Shown: positions 27,300-40,400, numbered from the whole stretch's first letter. The stretch is 50,700 nt of DNA, filler included, from Bipalium vagum (GCA_037834085.1; 3 parts of 3 records of this genome joined end to end with filler, not necessarily neighbours in it); one strand, 5' to 3'. Made by a program: numbers and translations. The notes: generated by a model not told the origin, from the sequence alone.

Positions 27300-30200
27300 A
27301 TGCAAAATAGTATTACGGTTTTCTTAAATTTATTTTGGTTATTTTTCAATGGGAAAAGTTTGGTCTCATGCAGTCAATCATCATTAGTCACAGATTCCCT
27401 GTGGTATTGTCTTTGAAAAGACTGAGCTCAATAATTTCATCTGAAAACAATATAAAAATATTGAATTAAAAAATATTTTTCTTTCCTTCGTATCATATGT
27501 CATATATCAAGTCACTTGAAAAAAGTGTATCTCTGTAACTCTAATTTGTTTAACTCAGCTGATCCAATAGTGGAGAATATTGACAAATTAGTTGCCGGTC
27601 AAAAGTTAATACTATCTTGTCCCATTAAAGGCATTTCTCGGTCCGGTATGTTTCGGTGGTTGTTTGAATCTGTCAATAAAAAGGAATTCAAGATCATCTG
27701 CACGAAGCCTCCAGGCGAAATACATTGTACCACTTCAAAATTAGATCCTCCTCTCGACATAATTTACACTAATATACTCGATTTGATTATTGATAAGGTA
27801 TCACACAAGAACTCTGGAACTTATCAATGCAAATATATCGACGAAACAGTCATTGGGCGATATTATTTTCATGTGACAATTTCAAGTATGGTCAAAAATA
27901 CAATTACCACCAATTTCTTATTTATAAATTTAGCTCCACCAAATAAACCACATATATATGCCGTTCCTTCTAATTTAACGGAAGGCTCCATAATAAACCT
28001 AATTTGTAAAACGGAAGGCGGAAATCCAAAACCCTCTTTGGAATGGATGTGGAAAGATTTTTCTAATGTACCGATCATAAAAAATGATCGAATCAATTCC
28101 ACACTGATTCATTCAGACGTGAGATATGGTGTTACTACCTTGTCAACATTTTGGATACCCAAGTCTTTCGAAGATGGTTATTCTATAAGTTGTCAAGCTA
28201 AAAATTCGCTTACCACAGTCTCTTCAAATTGGATGTACCTGAATATCAATTGTAAGTCAGTCTATTTGTGTGTTCATTGGGTTTAATAGATTTCATTTTT
28301 AATCTTTTAAAGAATACCATTACGTGTAAAATCTGGAATAAATTTTATTAAGAATTCTAAATCTCGGATTAAAGTTGCAAGTTTTATTTAAGCCGCTAAG
28401 TTTAATAAATTTATTAAAATTCTTAAAAATTGAAAAATTATTTTTATTTATTACGTTTATTAACAGCAAATGAAAACTAAATTATTTTTGAAAAATCCTT
28501 CTTATTTTTGATAAATTTAATTGATATCGAAGTCAGTGATAACATAGCAATCAGAGTTCAAAGGCGATTGGACGGTAGAAGTTGAGAGTTTTTCAAATTT
28601 TGTGAATGAAAACTTCATTGATTATTGAGCATTTCCATTTTGAAATCATGGATAAGATTTCAATTTGATTTGATTTTCTTGATCCTAGAATACTGAGGTT
28701 ACAGAAGATGTGGAATTTTACTTTACTGGAGATTATTGGGTTTCTGTTCGTTTATGTATCATTTCTTTCTTATAATATCTAATAATTATGATAGATAATG
28801 TCTTTTTTGTTTTATGCACATCGGACGCTAAAAACATTAAATTTCTTAGCATGCGGCAACACCATTAACATCAATTGGAATTTACTTTGATTTAGTTTTG
28901 AAACTGTGATATGTTTGGCTTTATGTCCACTACCTGGCTCTCTTTCCGATGATAAGTTATTGATGTATGTCTGTAGAAATAAATTGTCTGCTTTGGAACA
29001 TATTTTAGAAAATGCAAAGCAATATACCTTTATACCAACTACGCGATAACTCTCAAAATTTGCAAACATGTTTTCTTGACACTACTAGTTCTTTAACCAT
29101 TATTTTATGATTCTGATTAATATCTAAAAAATGAAATATAAATCAATTGCATCTTTAAAAATCATTGGTTAAATGTCAACTATTTGTTGTTTTGACTTAT
29201 TTTAATTTTTTCAAAATAGTGTCTAAAGACTTATGGGACACCCTAATATATTTCTCAATCATCACAACGTTAAAAACTTATATTTTCCCATTACATTATT
29301 ATGAGATTTTATTGTTATACATGTTTGAGAATCCACAATAATTCCGTTTTTATCATTATTTTTTATTCACGATAAAATCAAATCTAATTCATGTAAAAAA
29401 TAAGTAAAAAATTCTATTGTTAATTATTTAAATTCAGACGCTATTCCCGGAGGATTTACACAGAAATTTCAGCATTTTTATTTTAGTGAATAAATCGTTT
29501 TGGTCAAATGTTGGAGGACAATATGGTCCATGTTTGATTTTTTAAAATTTTTAAAGTTTTATTGCACAAAAGGCGATAGAATGGAAAGATTGATTTATTC
29601 ACAAATTTCTAAGTGCATCCTTGAAAGTTTGAATAACACAACAATAGAATGCTAACATTAGATTCAAAAGCCAATGGTTGAAGATGAATTAAAACAAACT
29701 GAAAAGGAGCCCGTTGATGATAGCAAAAAACTTGTAATTGATGACATTGAATAACTACATGAGTCCCGAAGAAAGAAGAAAAAATATTTCACTTTATTCC
29801 TGACAATTATTTTATAATATTGAAAGAAAGGTATGTAAAATTTGAACTGATATATTTACAGTGGGGTTATCATATACCCGGAAATATGATAAATGTGTAT
29901 GTGTATATACATATGTAATTAATATGTAAATATAACAGAAAGTAGAGACGTATTTTACTATTTACAATAACATTAGAATAATAATAATATTATTATTATA
30001 GTTACAGTAATGGTACAGAAATGTTAAAATTCAGGTCTTTAATAATTAAATATGCTTACAGAAATGAGACTGTTTTTGACTTACAGATAACAAGTCGTTT
30101 AGAAGGATATTTCAGCTTCGATTGTAGAGAACAATTCGGGTTTTCTTTCGGAAAACCATTTCTGCTCTCATTCCTGACAAGAGATCAAATATTATACAAC

Positions 30201-32073
30201 AGGATTGAGTGAAGCAAGTTCATTCATTTGTTAATGATGAGAAATATATTTGTGGATATTTATTTCAGAATTCTTGCGAGTAAAAAGTTACTTTTTCATT
30301 AGAAATATTAAAATTATTTGTTTAAATGCTCAATTTGGAAACTTTATTTTTCTTCGAAGTCCCATTACGGAGAAGAAGAATTATAGAAAAAATTTACCTT
30401 AACATTTATATGTGTGTGGAAATTACAGACAGCAAAGAGACCTTAGGAAAGCTGTTATAATCCACTATTGTTAAATGGAAAATGTGATTTTAATGTCTTT
30501 TTACTAAATGTAATGAATGATTGATGAGATGCCTCGCCACATTTTCCAAAAGAAACTCAGATGAGAAATTTACAAAAAATAATTACTCTAAAATCAAAAA
30601 TAGAAGATAATAAGTGAAGAAGTTTATTGAGAAGCTAGCAATTATTATAAGATAAACGTAATTGAATGATGCAGAATACTATTTCAAGCTTCTAAGTATG
30701 AGGTGAGATAAACAGGTAACTTAACACTGATTGGATTCAGTTATCAGAAGGACTTATCTATGCGTAACGTTTTGAGAAAATTTTAAATATTGCAATCAAT
30801 ATTTAAAGTCAAGTCGAAAAATGAAATGGACCGTGAATCAATAAATTAAACAAAATGAATAAAACACTGAATCGATATTAAATCGATATTAAACAATACA
30901 TCGAATCAAAATTTTAACATTTTATTGATTAACTGAGATAATATTCATTTTACAAAAACAGTAGGTGACCTAAAATGTATCTTAAGTAAACAACAAACAA
31001 CATTTTTCATATAACTTAAGCTTGTTCTATGAATATCATAGTCGCAGAATTTCTGAGATTTCTGATCTTTTCAAGAATCATCGAGGTTGTATTAAAAGGT
31101 TATTTCACCATTGCATAAATTGTGAAAAATTCTTTATCATTCGATTTTTTTAAAATTATTCTTTAACGATTTAAGAAAATGTAATGAAGAAAAGATGCAT
31201 TAAATCTGTTAAAAGAACGATTCAAATTTCATTCTGAACAATAGTAAAAAAAGACAAACCAAAAGAAACTCTTCACAAAAATATATCACTTTTTCTCGCA
31301 AAAAATAAGTTAAAAATATAAAAATATAAATTAAATTCATTTTTTCTCAAAGGAAAAAATAGCATGAAAATATATTTATCTTGACCATGTAAATGTCACT
31401 GGAACTACTGAAACAGAGAATCAGAGAATATGTTCTAGCCCTACAGTTTGTTTACGTTTACCATATTCTCATGCAATAGTTACGGAGAGGTGTATCCCAC
31501 TATGGTGTTGTTAATTTGTTGAAGGTAAGTTAAATGGGTTGTAGAACACGAATAAAATCTGATCGAATCCTCATACTCCATTAGATTCACAATTGAAGAA
31601 TTTTATTTTCTCTCTCCACCATTCCTCTGCAAATTCTCGACGAATGCGAGACATTCCACAAAAACTCGAAGCAGTCTTGCAAAATGAAATTATTTCCTTA
31701 AAATTATTATTTTTTAATTATTTTATTAATGTACATTATTATTTTTTCTTATATATATATTTAATTAATAATTTTTAAAAAAAAATTAATATATTTATAA
31801 AAAGAAAATTTGTTTATTATTATTTTTTGTTACTAATTTCTGCAGGAATAATATTTTTTTCAGTTTCATTTCACCATTTCATCGCTCTAATTACATTAAT
31901 TAATTTTTACTGATTTCTGTTTTCCATTATCTCAGATCCTCCAGTGATATATGGGTTTCATTCCAAAACGTATATTGGACTCTTAGGAAGTGATGTTCGT
32001 TTAGAATGTAAGGCTACTAGCAAGTCGACAGTAACATTCAAATGGATCACGGGCAAAGGGAGAATAGTTTCAG
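27300..32073 (+). CDS. Immunoglobulin-superfamily cell-surface/adhesion protein (nephrin/Kirre/CADM-like architecture), 5' part; remainder lost at gap
   Basis: Signal-peptide exon 27300-27372 (MQNSITVFLNLFWLFFNGKSLVSC; donor could be slightly earlier). Ig1 exon 27559-27885 (LILSC..FRW..NSGTYQC). Ig2 C2-set exon 27934-28251 (INLICKTEGGNPKPSLEW..ISCQAKN). Half of Ig3 at 31936-32073 (YPPVI..VRLECKA..FKW). All introns are phase 1, as typical of Ig genes. Confidence 0.88.
28560..29245 (-). mobile_element. Tc1/ITmD37E-like element, N-terminal remnant
   Basis: TIR-like start TAGGGTGTCCCATAAG on the minus strand (~29245). ORF 28812-29069 contains the linker SSEREPGSG. Confidence 0.6.
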
Positions 32074-32289
32074 GTTTGTTATCATGGTTATTATTAATTA
32101 TATTACAGAATTTTTAAATAGTTTTGACAGAATTAAAAAGCTTGTAATATATTAGGTTAAGGGAAAGGTATTGTCGCTTTTTCATATATTAACTTTAAAG
32201 CAAAAATATTTTAAAATATCGACTAATATTTATTGATAAATAATAATAATAAGACAGACAAGCTTCTATTAAATTAAAACTTTATTTTA

Positions 32290-32520
32290 TTATCTTAGGT
32301 TGGTTTTAATAATATAGAACATCATTTAACAGACAATGACAACAGCACAAATTAGAACTTGCTTACTCTATGAATATAAGTGACTCGAACTTTTCAGAAA
32401 CGGTATAAAGAAACTCTTAGCACGTTGGCTAGATGTTGTTGTAGATGCCAATGGTACATATTTTGATTAACAAAATTTTTTTATTAGGTTGAGTCATAAT
32501 AACTCGCGTTTTTAACAAAT
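32290..32520 (+). mobile_element. mariner C-terminal remnant
   Basis: FQKRYKETLSTL / RWLDVVVDANGTYFD*. Confidence 0.55.
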
Positions 32521-32590
32521 TTTCTTTACATAGAAATATTATAAGTATATTAACTTTTAAATATCTAATTAATGTTTAATTTATATGTAG

Positions 32591-32690
32591 NNNNNNNNNN
32601 NNNNNNNNNNNNNNNNNNNNNNNNNNNNNNNNNNTTAATTAATTAANNNNNNNNNNNNNNNNNNNNNNNNNNNNNNNNNNNNNNNNNNNN
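32591..32690. other. Assembly gap containing artificial TTAATTAATTAA spacer
   Basis: N44-TTAATTAATTAA-N44; spacer at 32635-32646. Confidence 0.95.
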
Positions 32691-32699
32691 ATCAAATAA

Positions 32700-33274
32700 A
32701 TGTATTTTCAATAATAATTTGTTTATTCCAGATTCATTTTTTACTAAATCATATGATTTTTATAGGTTTACTCAGACTTGCACGGGGGTGTATCTGTCAA
32801 AAGCTCTCAACAAGCTTCAGCTGATGTATTTTCTTTTGGCGAATCACGTGTATCTCTTTATCTAACTGATTGCACTCTTGCATCATACCGGGCTTCCAAC
32901 TTTTCTGTTGCATAAACTTCCGTACCGTGCTGCATGCGCGCTGGGCTTCATCGAACGAAAAGACTTCCTTCTCTACAGTTATACCGTCGTTTTTGCGTCC
33001 CATCGGCTCTTCATTGCACAGCGTCTCCGAAATCTCCTTCAGTTTAAAAAACCGTCAGTCACAAGGGGCTCATCGATTTGAGAAAGTCAGAGAGTTCGTT
33101 CTCGTTCATCTTTTCCTCAGCAGTTAGAGCTTCCTAGATATTAAGCAGCTCTACATCCTGCACCTCAGTTTGAATCTTCTCTTCAAAAAAATTAACCTCC
33201 AAACTGTTTCTAATCATTGACTTGCTGACTTGCAACCAAGCAACCCATGTGACGTGTAAAGCGTCAAGCAAATT
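32700..33274 (-). mobile_element. Tigger/pogo (DDE_1) transposase C-terminal remnant, interrupted by Polinton insertion
   Basis: NLLDALHVTWVAWLQVSKSMIRNS, DFLKIDEPLVT, FSFDEAQRACSTVRKF...HQLKLVESF. Confidence 0.8.
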
Positions 33275-34720
33275 AGTAGTAGGAAAAACCATACTTTGGG
33301 GACAGCGCCCAAACTTTTTTTTCGGTCGCCTGGAGACTCCCTCAAAAAATAAAAAAACGTTGGGGACATATTTTTTTTACTCTTTTGAAATTTTGAGAAT
33401 AAGAATGTAAATGTAAAATTAGTTACAAATGAAAAAGAAGCAAAGAAACAAATAAGTAAACCAACTTTTGTAAGAAGAGAAATAATCTAATGGCAATTCA
33501 TTATAAAAAAATATCAAACAAAAATGGATAAACCAATATATTTTAGAATTATAAAAAAAAATTATGTATGAATTTTATTATGATGTTTTAAAATTAAAAT
33601 ATAATGATGATATTGAATTGATTTATCAAGATACTGATTCATTTGTAATGAATATGAAAAAAATGATCTTTATGAAGATTTTAATGAATTAAAAGATTAG
33701 ATAGATTTTTCTGAATACAAAGAAAATGAATTTCCTAGTAGTTTAAAATTATATAAAGATGATTATACAAAAAATAAAAAAGTTTTAGGAAAATTTACAG
33801 ATGAATGAAAGAGTGAAATATTAATAGAATTTGCAGCATTAAAATCAAAATCATATGCTTATAAAACAAAAAATGTTTTTCCTAATAAGGAATCTGAAAA
33901 ACTCAAAAAAAGGAATTCAAAAATATGTTGTTAAAAATGAAATGAAATTAGAAGATTTTAAAAAAGTAATAATAAATCCAATAATAAAAGAAAAAGATTT
34001 TAGAAGAAATACAAATATAAAATCTGATAAGCATGATATATTTCTTTTACATCAAAATAAAATAGCATTAGACCAGTTTGATAATAAAAGATTTTATTTA
34101 AATAATATTGAATCTATTCCATATGGATATTAGAAAAGCATTTTAAGAAATTGTCTGAATTTTTGGCAATAAAAAAATGAATGAAAAATATAAAAGATTT
34201 TAACACCATTTTCTTCAAATATTAAAATAATAAAATATAAAAAATTAAAAAATATATTATCTAGTATCAACAATCAAGATTTTTTTTTAAAATTTATAAA
34301 TTATCAAAAATTGGTTTATCTATTATATACCAGAAATTAAATAATTTAAAGAATAAAAATATTATCTAGTATTTTTATACTAAAAAAATATTTGAATTAA
34401 AATAAAAAAATTATAAAAATTAAAAATATAAAATATATTGTAAAAAGAGCAATAAAAAGTGTTATAAAAATTTAATAATAAATATGTTATTTAACAATAT
34501 TATATATTTAATATTAACAATATCTATTTCAAATTACTTTTGACTTTTGTTTCAATATTAAATACTTTTCCTTCTTTTAATTTTATTTCCATAAATTGCT
34601 CTTGCAATAAAAATCATTTATTTTTCGTTTAAAATCTTTATCTTTTAAAATATGTAAAGTTATAACTGCTCCATTTCAACAAATTTTTTGGCTGATTTTT
34701 CAAATCAAAACAAAATATAG
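33275..34720 (+). mobile_element. Internally deleted Polinton/Maverick (adintovirus-like) fragment
   Basis: Begins AGTAGTAGG (Polinton terminal motif) exactly at the Tigger break, followed by a GC-rich subterminal segment and a pPolB C-terminal pseudogene. Possible penton-like C-terminus NGAVITLHI on the minus strand at ~34650-34680. Right end not found. Confidence 0.75.
33405..34133 (+). pseudogene. Protein-primed family B DNA polymerase (pPolB), C-terminal fragment
   Basis: VKLVT..ISKPTF, MDKPIY, MYEFYYD, LIYQDTDSF, KKVLGKFTDE, EFAALKSKSY, KGIQK, FDNKR..IPYGY*; contains stops and frameshifts. Confidence 0.9.
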
Positions 34721-34949
34721 AAAATAAATTTTGAAATTCTAATAAAGATAATTGAGGATCATTTCCAAAATATTCACATGTGTTTACGTAATTTGAATAA
34801 ATTCTATTGTTTTTTTGTGTATAATTTTAATTCTATAGTTTTGAAAAGTAAAAAATATAAATTCAAGAGTAATGAATACATTAAAGAACATAAAAAATTT
34901 TCATTTATGAACAGACAACAATTCATCTCGGTATGCTTTGTCAACCAGG

Positions 34950-35900
34950 ACCCGTACTTTACTACAAAAGCTATTACATTGTGGAGAAGCATGGAGTACC
35001 AATTCATCTATAGCTGCACAAAGACGTAATTCAAGTTGAGCAGCAGACTGTGGATGTAACTTTTTATCAAAAACTTTTTGAATGTAGAAGTTCAATGGGA
35101 AGGCACTGGGGGACATTAGTTGGATTGTTGCACTTCTTCACTACAGGGATTTGTTTGTATTTAAGTAACGAAGACTTGAAACTGCATAATGCAGTTTCGT
35201 CCAGGATATTATTTATATATATACTATATGGGAATTTTGTGAAACACAAGGTTCGGATTTGTTCAGGAGTAGTGTTGATGTCTTTAACATAAAAATTTTT
35301 ACTTGAAAACTTTCTCTCATCATTTTGGGCTATATATATCTCATCATCCATAATGATGAAAGGCAAAACATCAATCCTCATTGTAAGATGGTTTCTATAC
35401 AATCGGCCCAGTGTGTTTGAGACTGTTGTATTGCAGAAATTTAGTTTTTGGCAGTCTTACGCAGGCTTTTGTTGGTGGTATTGTTGTAACTGCGTACAAG
35501 TCCTCTAGCAGCTGTTCCAGTGATCTTACACTGGACCCCACTATATTTTCTGTTATCAGACGTGCTTCCAATTGTGTCGAATTCCTTCAACACCTTGTAC
35601 GCTATATCCACTACTGCGTAAAGCCTGGATTCTGTCTTTCTTGCAGAGGTGAACAGATGAACCTAGAACTTTGCTTCCTGCATCACGCAAGGTCATTGAT
35701 ATTTTCATTCTGTAAATATATATTGATCATTATAAAATCGATTCATTTATGTACAATATTAGCCTATAAATATGCTATTAAAGTATATCTCATACATGCA
35801 TATGCATAGAACATATATGGTACAATGAAAGCAATAGTAAAATTCTACGAATCAATTATACACACTTTACTTAAAATTTGGATCAAAATTTAGTGGTGCT
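34950..35900 (-). mobile_element. ITmD37E (DD37E) transposase remnant, internally deleted
   Basis: AYKVLKEFDTIGST..SG..CKITG..SLRKTAK, IIMDDEIY, NFYVKD..PEQIR..TKFP, NNPTNVPQCLPIE. Confidence 0.85.
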
Positions 35901-36229
35901 CTAAAATTAAATGTTATATTCGAGTTTTTACTTTCCACAAAAAATGTCGAAAAATTTTAAGATTAAAGATTTGATATTTTTTAAAAGATGACTTCATGAT
36001 TTTAAAAATAAGAAAAATTTTTTTAATCAGAATCTAGATCAAATTTAACTTTTTTCATAGTTTTTATTAGTGTCTGTGTTTTAAAATTTTAAAAACCAAA
36101 TGATGACCATTGTGATGACCAGCTTTTTTAGCAGAAAAATATTTTCAGTTTGTGTAGCTGTAACAATAAACGAACATAACATTAAATAGTGAGGAGTTGA
36201 GACAGAGCTTTGTAATTCAGAAAAACAAT

Positions 36230-37012
36230 TTTCATATGTGTTCGGTCACTCTGATCGTTTTTTTTATTTCAATTCACCACTTAACTTAATGAATTTCTGT
36301 TGATAACAATTATTAATATTTGTCTGATCAGATTACAAGAGCTCGTAGTACAATATACCCTTCTGATTCCACCATATACTTATTAATGTCTTCTTGTCAA
36401 GAATATAACGCTTTAAAATCAATTATGGCAATTGTTCTAGTTAGCACCAAGATTTTCTACGTTTTGGATTATAGAAACTTTTTTTGTTCCCAGTGACTAT
36501 ATTCTGACTATAAAAATTTTATTTGCTCTTTTCAATCAATATTTAACAATTTGTTTTTCGCTTTTCTTTGTTTTGCTCATTCAATAAATATAGTATTCAT
36601 TTTTCTTTTATCTTTAAAATTTTTCGATTGACATGGTAGTTCAGTGTCTTATACAGTGAAATTTCCATTTTTAAATCTATCGAAATAACGTCCGTATTAT
36701 TTTGAAATAGAGTTTTTTCACCAAAGTTTCCAAATAGAATTTAAAAGAAATTTTTAAAAAAAATATTTACATAAAAAATTTTCTTTTAAAATTAAATAAT
36801 ATTAAAAAACACATTTCTACAAGCTGTCATAACTTTGATGAAAATTCAAACTATAAATTAAATAATTATCCACAATTCTAAAGTCTCAAAAAAACAAATT
36901 TCATATATTTTCGTATAAATTAAAAGATTATTTCTAAAATAATAATTTATTAAGACATTGTAATCATTTTAAAAAAAGAAATAGAAGCAATCATTTCTCA
37001 TACATCCCAATA
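36230..37012 (-). mobile_element. mariner transposase remnant
   Basis: YFDRFKNGNF, VTGNKK..YN, KKTLISIWWNQKGILYYELL. Confidence 0.7.
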
Positions 37013-37410
37013 ATTTTATCATGAAAAATGAAGAAAGTTCATATAATCTTTATGTTTTTACCAAAATGATCATTTTCATATTTCAAGCAAATCCCAAAAA
37101 AACTTACAGCAGACTCTAATGATTTGCAAAACGGAAATAAATGATTAAAATGCCTTTACACCATAAATTCTTAGCGAAACTTAAACAAATTATCGAAAGC
37201 AGAATGACAAGATCAAAACATATATGCATTTTTATGGAAAATCGGAATCGTCACTTGCAAGACCCGTTACTGAATTGAACTGCCGGGAACATTGTGGTCG
37301 AAGGGACAAGATACTTGTCAGGCAAGGTCAAGTCAAACTTTTCGAATTCCAAATTTCCAAATAAACACATGAAACTCATAAATATTATAAAGATTATTTT
37401 GAAAGGCATT

Positions 37411-40400
37411 TTAATGAAGCAATGATAAATATCCTTTTCTTCTTTCATTTGAAAAATTCGTGAATAAGAATTTCCAATACGAGTGTGGCCAGGATGAAAC
37501 TGAATAACATGAAGAATAATTTAATTTATCTCTCATTTTAATACAGATAAACAAGTTTTATGACAGTTTTATATACAGCAGTTTAACAGTTTCATGAGCT
37601 TAGTGAGCTGGTGGAATATGTAATCATAATAATGTCGAATATCAAATAACAATTTGTACAACAATAATGATTTTCGATAATAATCTCCATTTATTTTAAA
37701 ACCTGGTTCAATTAAATGTATCAATGTTTTACCAAGACCAGATATACAAATTTCTGCAGGTAAATCAAATAAAAATTACTAAGTGTGTTGTGCTTCTTTA
37801 TTGGTTACTGTTAATAGCGTTTCTCTGCATTTTTTAAAAATTTTAGGCCAAGGTTGAATTTCAATATCATGCACCGCAGATTTTGAAATGCCAACATCTC
37901 ATCCGATTTTTCGTACTATATGATGTGTCTGGGCTTACCGCTTAAAATAAGATCTTCAACAACTTTGATATATTTGTTTCCCGTGCAGTTTTGGGTCTAT
38001 CGCGACCCTTGTGACGATTACAATTTTTCTTATGAGAGCATTTAGTCCTCTCGATGTCCAATCCTTCTTGACAAATTCTTTCATAAGTCTTTTTGATCCA
38101 TAATTCTTGTTCTGGAGTAAAAATTTTATTGCGAGTTTGTCTTCACAGAAATATTTTATTGTGACCTTGTTTTGAAAATGTAAAAAAGTTATTCAATATT
38201 ATTAAAACATCGATATTATTAAATCAATATGCTCAATTGATCAATAATTTTTTTTAATTGAAAGGCTTATTATTGTTACATGTAATACTAGTTTTCATCA
38301 TAAACAATGGGGTTCGTTTTTTTCCAGATATTGTTTATATATTTTAACATCTAAACCTAATTAAGTATTGTTGACTTTAATACTACTTATTTCGTACATA
38401 CGAGTGTTATTTATTATATCCATCAAAACCCTTTGGAGATCGATTTGGTAAATCGAATATTCAGACTGGTATTTGTCTTTGGACTCAGTGTTTGAGTAAA
38501 AATATTTCCACTGCCGAGATATTATTAATATTATTAATTATTAATGATTAAAAAATGAATTGGTTAACAAAAATTAGTACATTAGAGACTTTCTATAGAG
38601 TACTGTTTTTTTCAAACTGCAGAGGATAACTTTCCTGAAGATAATTTTAAAAACAATTGTCATTAGGTTTTCATAACAAATTATTCAACAAGACAGACAT
38701 TTTTTGAATAATTTTTTATACTTGAGTATAGTTTCATTTATTTCTTCGGTGGTAGAATTTTACGAACAGTAAAGTATTGCATGAAAAATAATTATTTCAT
38801 CTTTAATCAAATTCCATGAGTTCTACTGACGTATACTAATGAAACTACTGAAAAGATAGTTAAGAGTGGTTGATAAAAATTGACTATTTATATAAAACTG
38901 AAAGAAACAATAACCACTGATATCTATTGTGCATAATTATAAAAAAATCAAAAAAATGTCAGAAAAAACAACTGGGTTTAGTAAACAGAAATAAGATTCT
39001 ATTTCTTCAAGAAAAGCTAGACAGATGTGACAAAAAACTATGAATAAGTAAACGCAACATAGATGGGATATCATTTGCCATCCATAATATTCCACGGATC
39101 TCTCACCAACAGATTTTCTTTTATTTCTTAATCTTGATAATCATTTGAGATGAAAGAATTTCACAACTGAAATGATCAAAAAATAAGTTTCCAATTTCTT
39201 AGAAAGAAAAAATTTTATGAAAATGGAATTAACAAGTTGCAAAACCATTGAGATAAATCCAAACAATGTGGATGATCATATTTTAATGAATAAATAAATC
39301 TATTATCAAAAATATTGACTTTTTCTAAAATAATCCGCAAGAATTTATTTTTAGACACCCAATAAATAATTAATCATTTTTTATAAATAAATCCAATAAA
39401 ATATAAATAAGTATATCATAAATATATAAATATATCATAAATAAACAAATCTTAAATAAATGAAAACTCTAGTGAACCCAAAATGCTTGTGTTTATTTAA
39501 CACGAAAAAATTGTTCTATAATTCTATAATTGTACTAGTAATCATAATGTTGCTTTGACTTCACTAACTCTATTCACTTTTGATAATATAAATTTAATCA
39601 CTATTTATTATTTACTGATTTTATTATTTATTATTGTATAAAAACCTCAAAAAAACCTTAATTATAATAAATGATTTTGAAACAATACTCTAAAATAAAA
39701 ACGTAGTACCTGTTCATGCAACAAAGTAAACTCATTTTCTCGACCAAGATATTTTCCCAAAATATTTTTAATCAATTCATAGTGGTAGAATGAACTCTTG
39801 GTTTTGGATATCAAGGATTCCAACCTAGCACCGAACAGTTAAAACCCTTTTAATCAATCGTATTACATGATGATTTCCTTATCCATCTGGTCCAGAGATG
39901 GTACGGTGAAGTTGATATTTTCGGAAAACAAGTCGCCGAGATGGCTTTCAATGCGCTTATATTGATTCTTCAATGAACTGGAGATTTTCTAAATTATAAT
40001 GTTAGCGAAATATCAGTAAAATGAATTTATAAAATTGTTATCAAGCAAGATCGTTGGTCTATCAGCCGATTTTCATTGTCATTATTTCCGTCTCCTACTG
40101 TTTATTTCTTTTATAGATCTATTGAATATTGATGTTCCTCTTTAATTTGTTCCTACTTCTTTAAGTTATGTTCCGAAAAGGTTAATAATCTCTTTAATGA
40201 TATTGTTAGTTTTCTTTTAGTTAATTACAAACTTTAAGAATTATTTTTCATTGTTTAATAAATATACTTCTGTGGTTCACATACTTTATTTTTTATATTG
40301 TACTCATATTATTTTGGAACTTCTTTATATTTCTCTTTATACCAATGTTTTTGGTTATCAAATTCTAGTTATCCTTATTATTATCTCACATTTAAATGAA

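Noticed and set aside
27869-28102. Minus-strand 77-aa ORF
   Set aside because: Antisense shadow of the Ig2 exon.
32870-33410. Plus-strand ORFs of 62-85 aa
   Set aside because: Antisense of the Tigger remnant or read across the Polinton terminus.
35411-35809. 132-aa plus-strand ORF
   Set aside because: Antisense to the DD37E transposase remnant; no independent motifs.
37175-37277. Plus-strand AKLKQIIES as the missing last kinase exon
   Set aside because: Phase fits, but the remaining CCT motifs (F.L, G[FY]A.L) are absent and it lies across multiple gaps.
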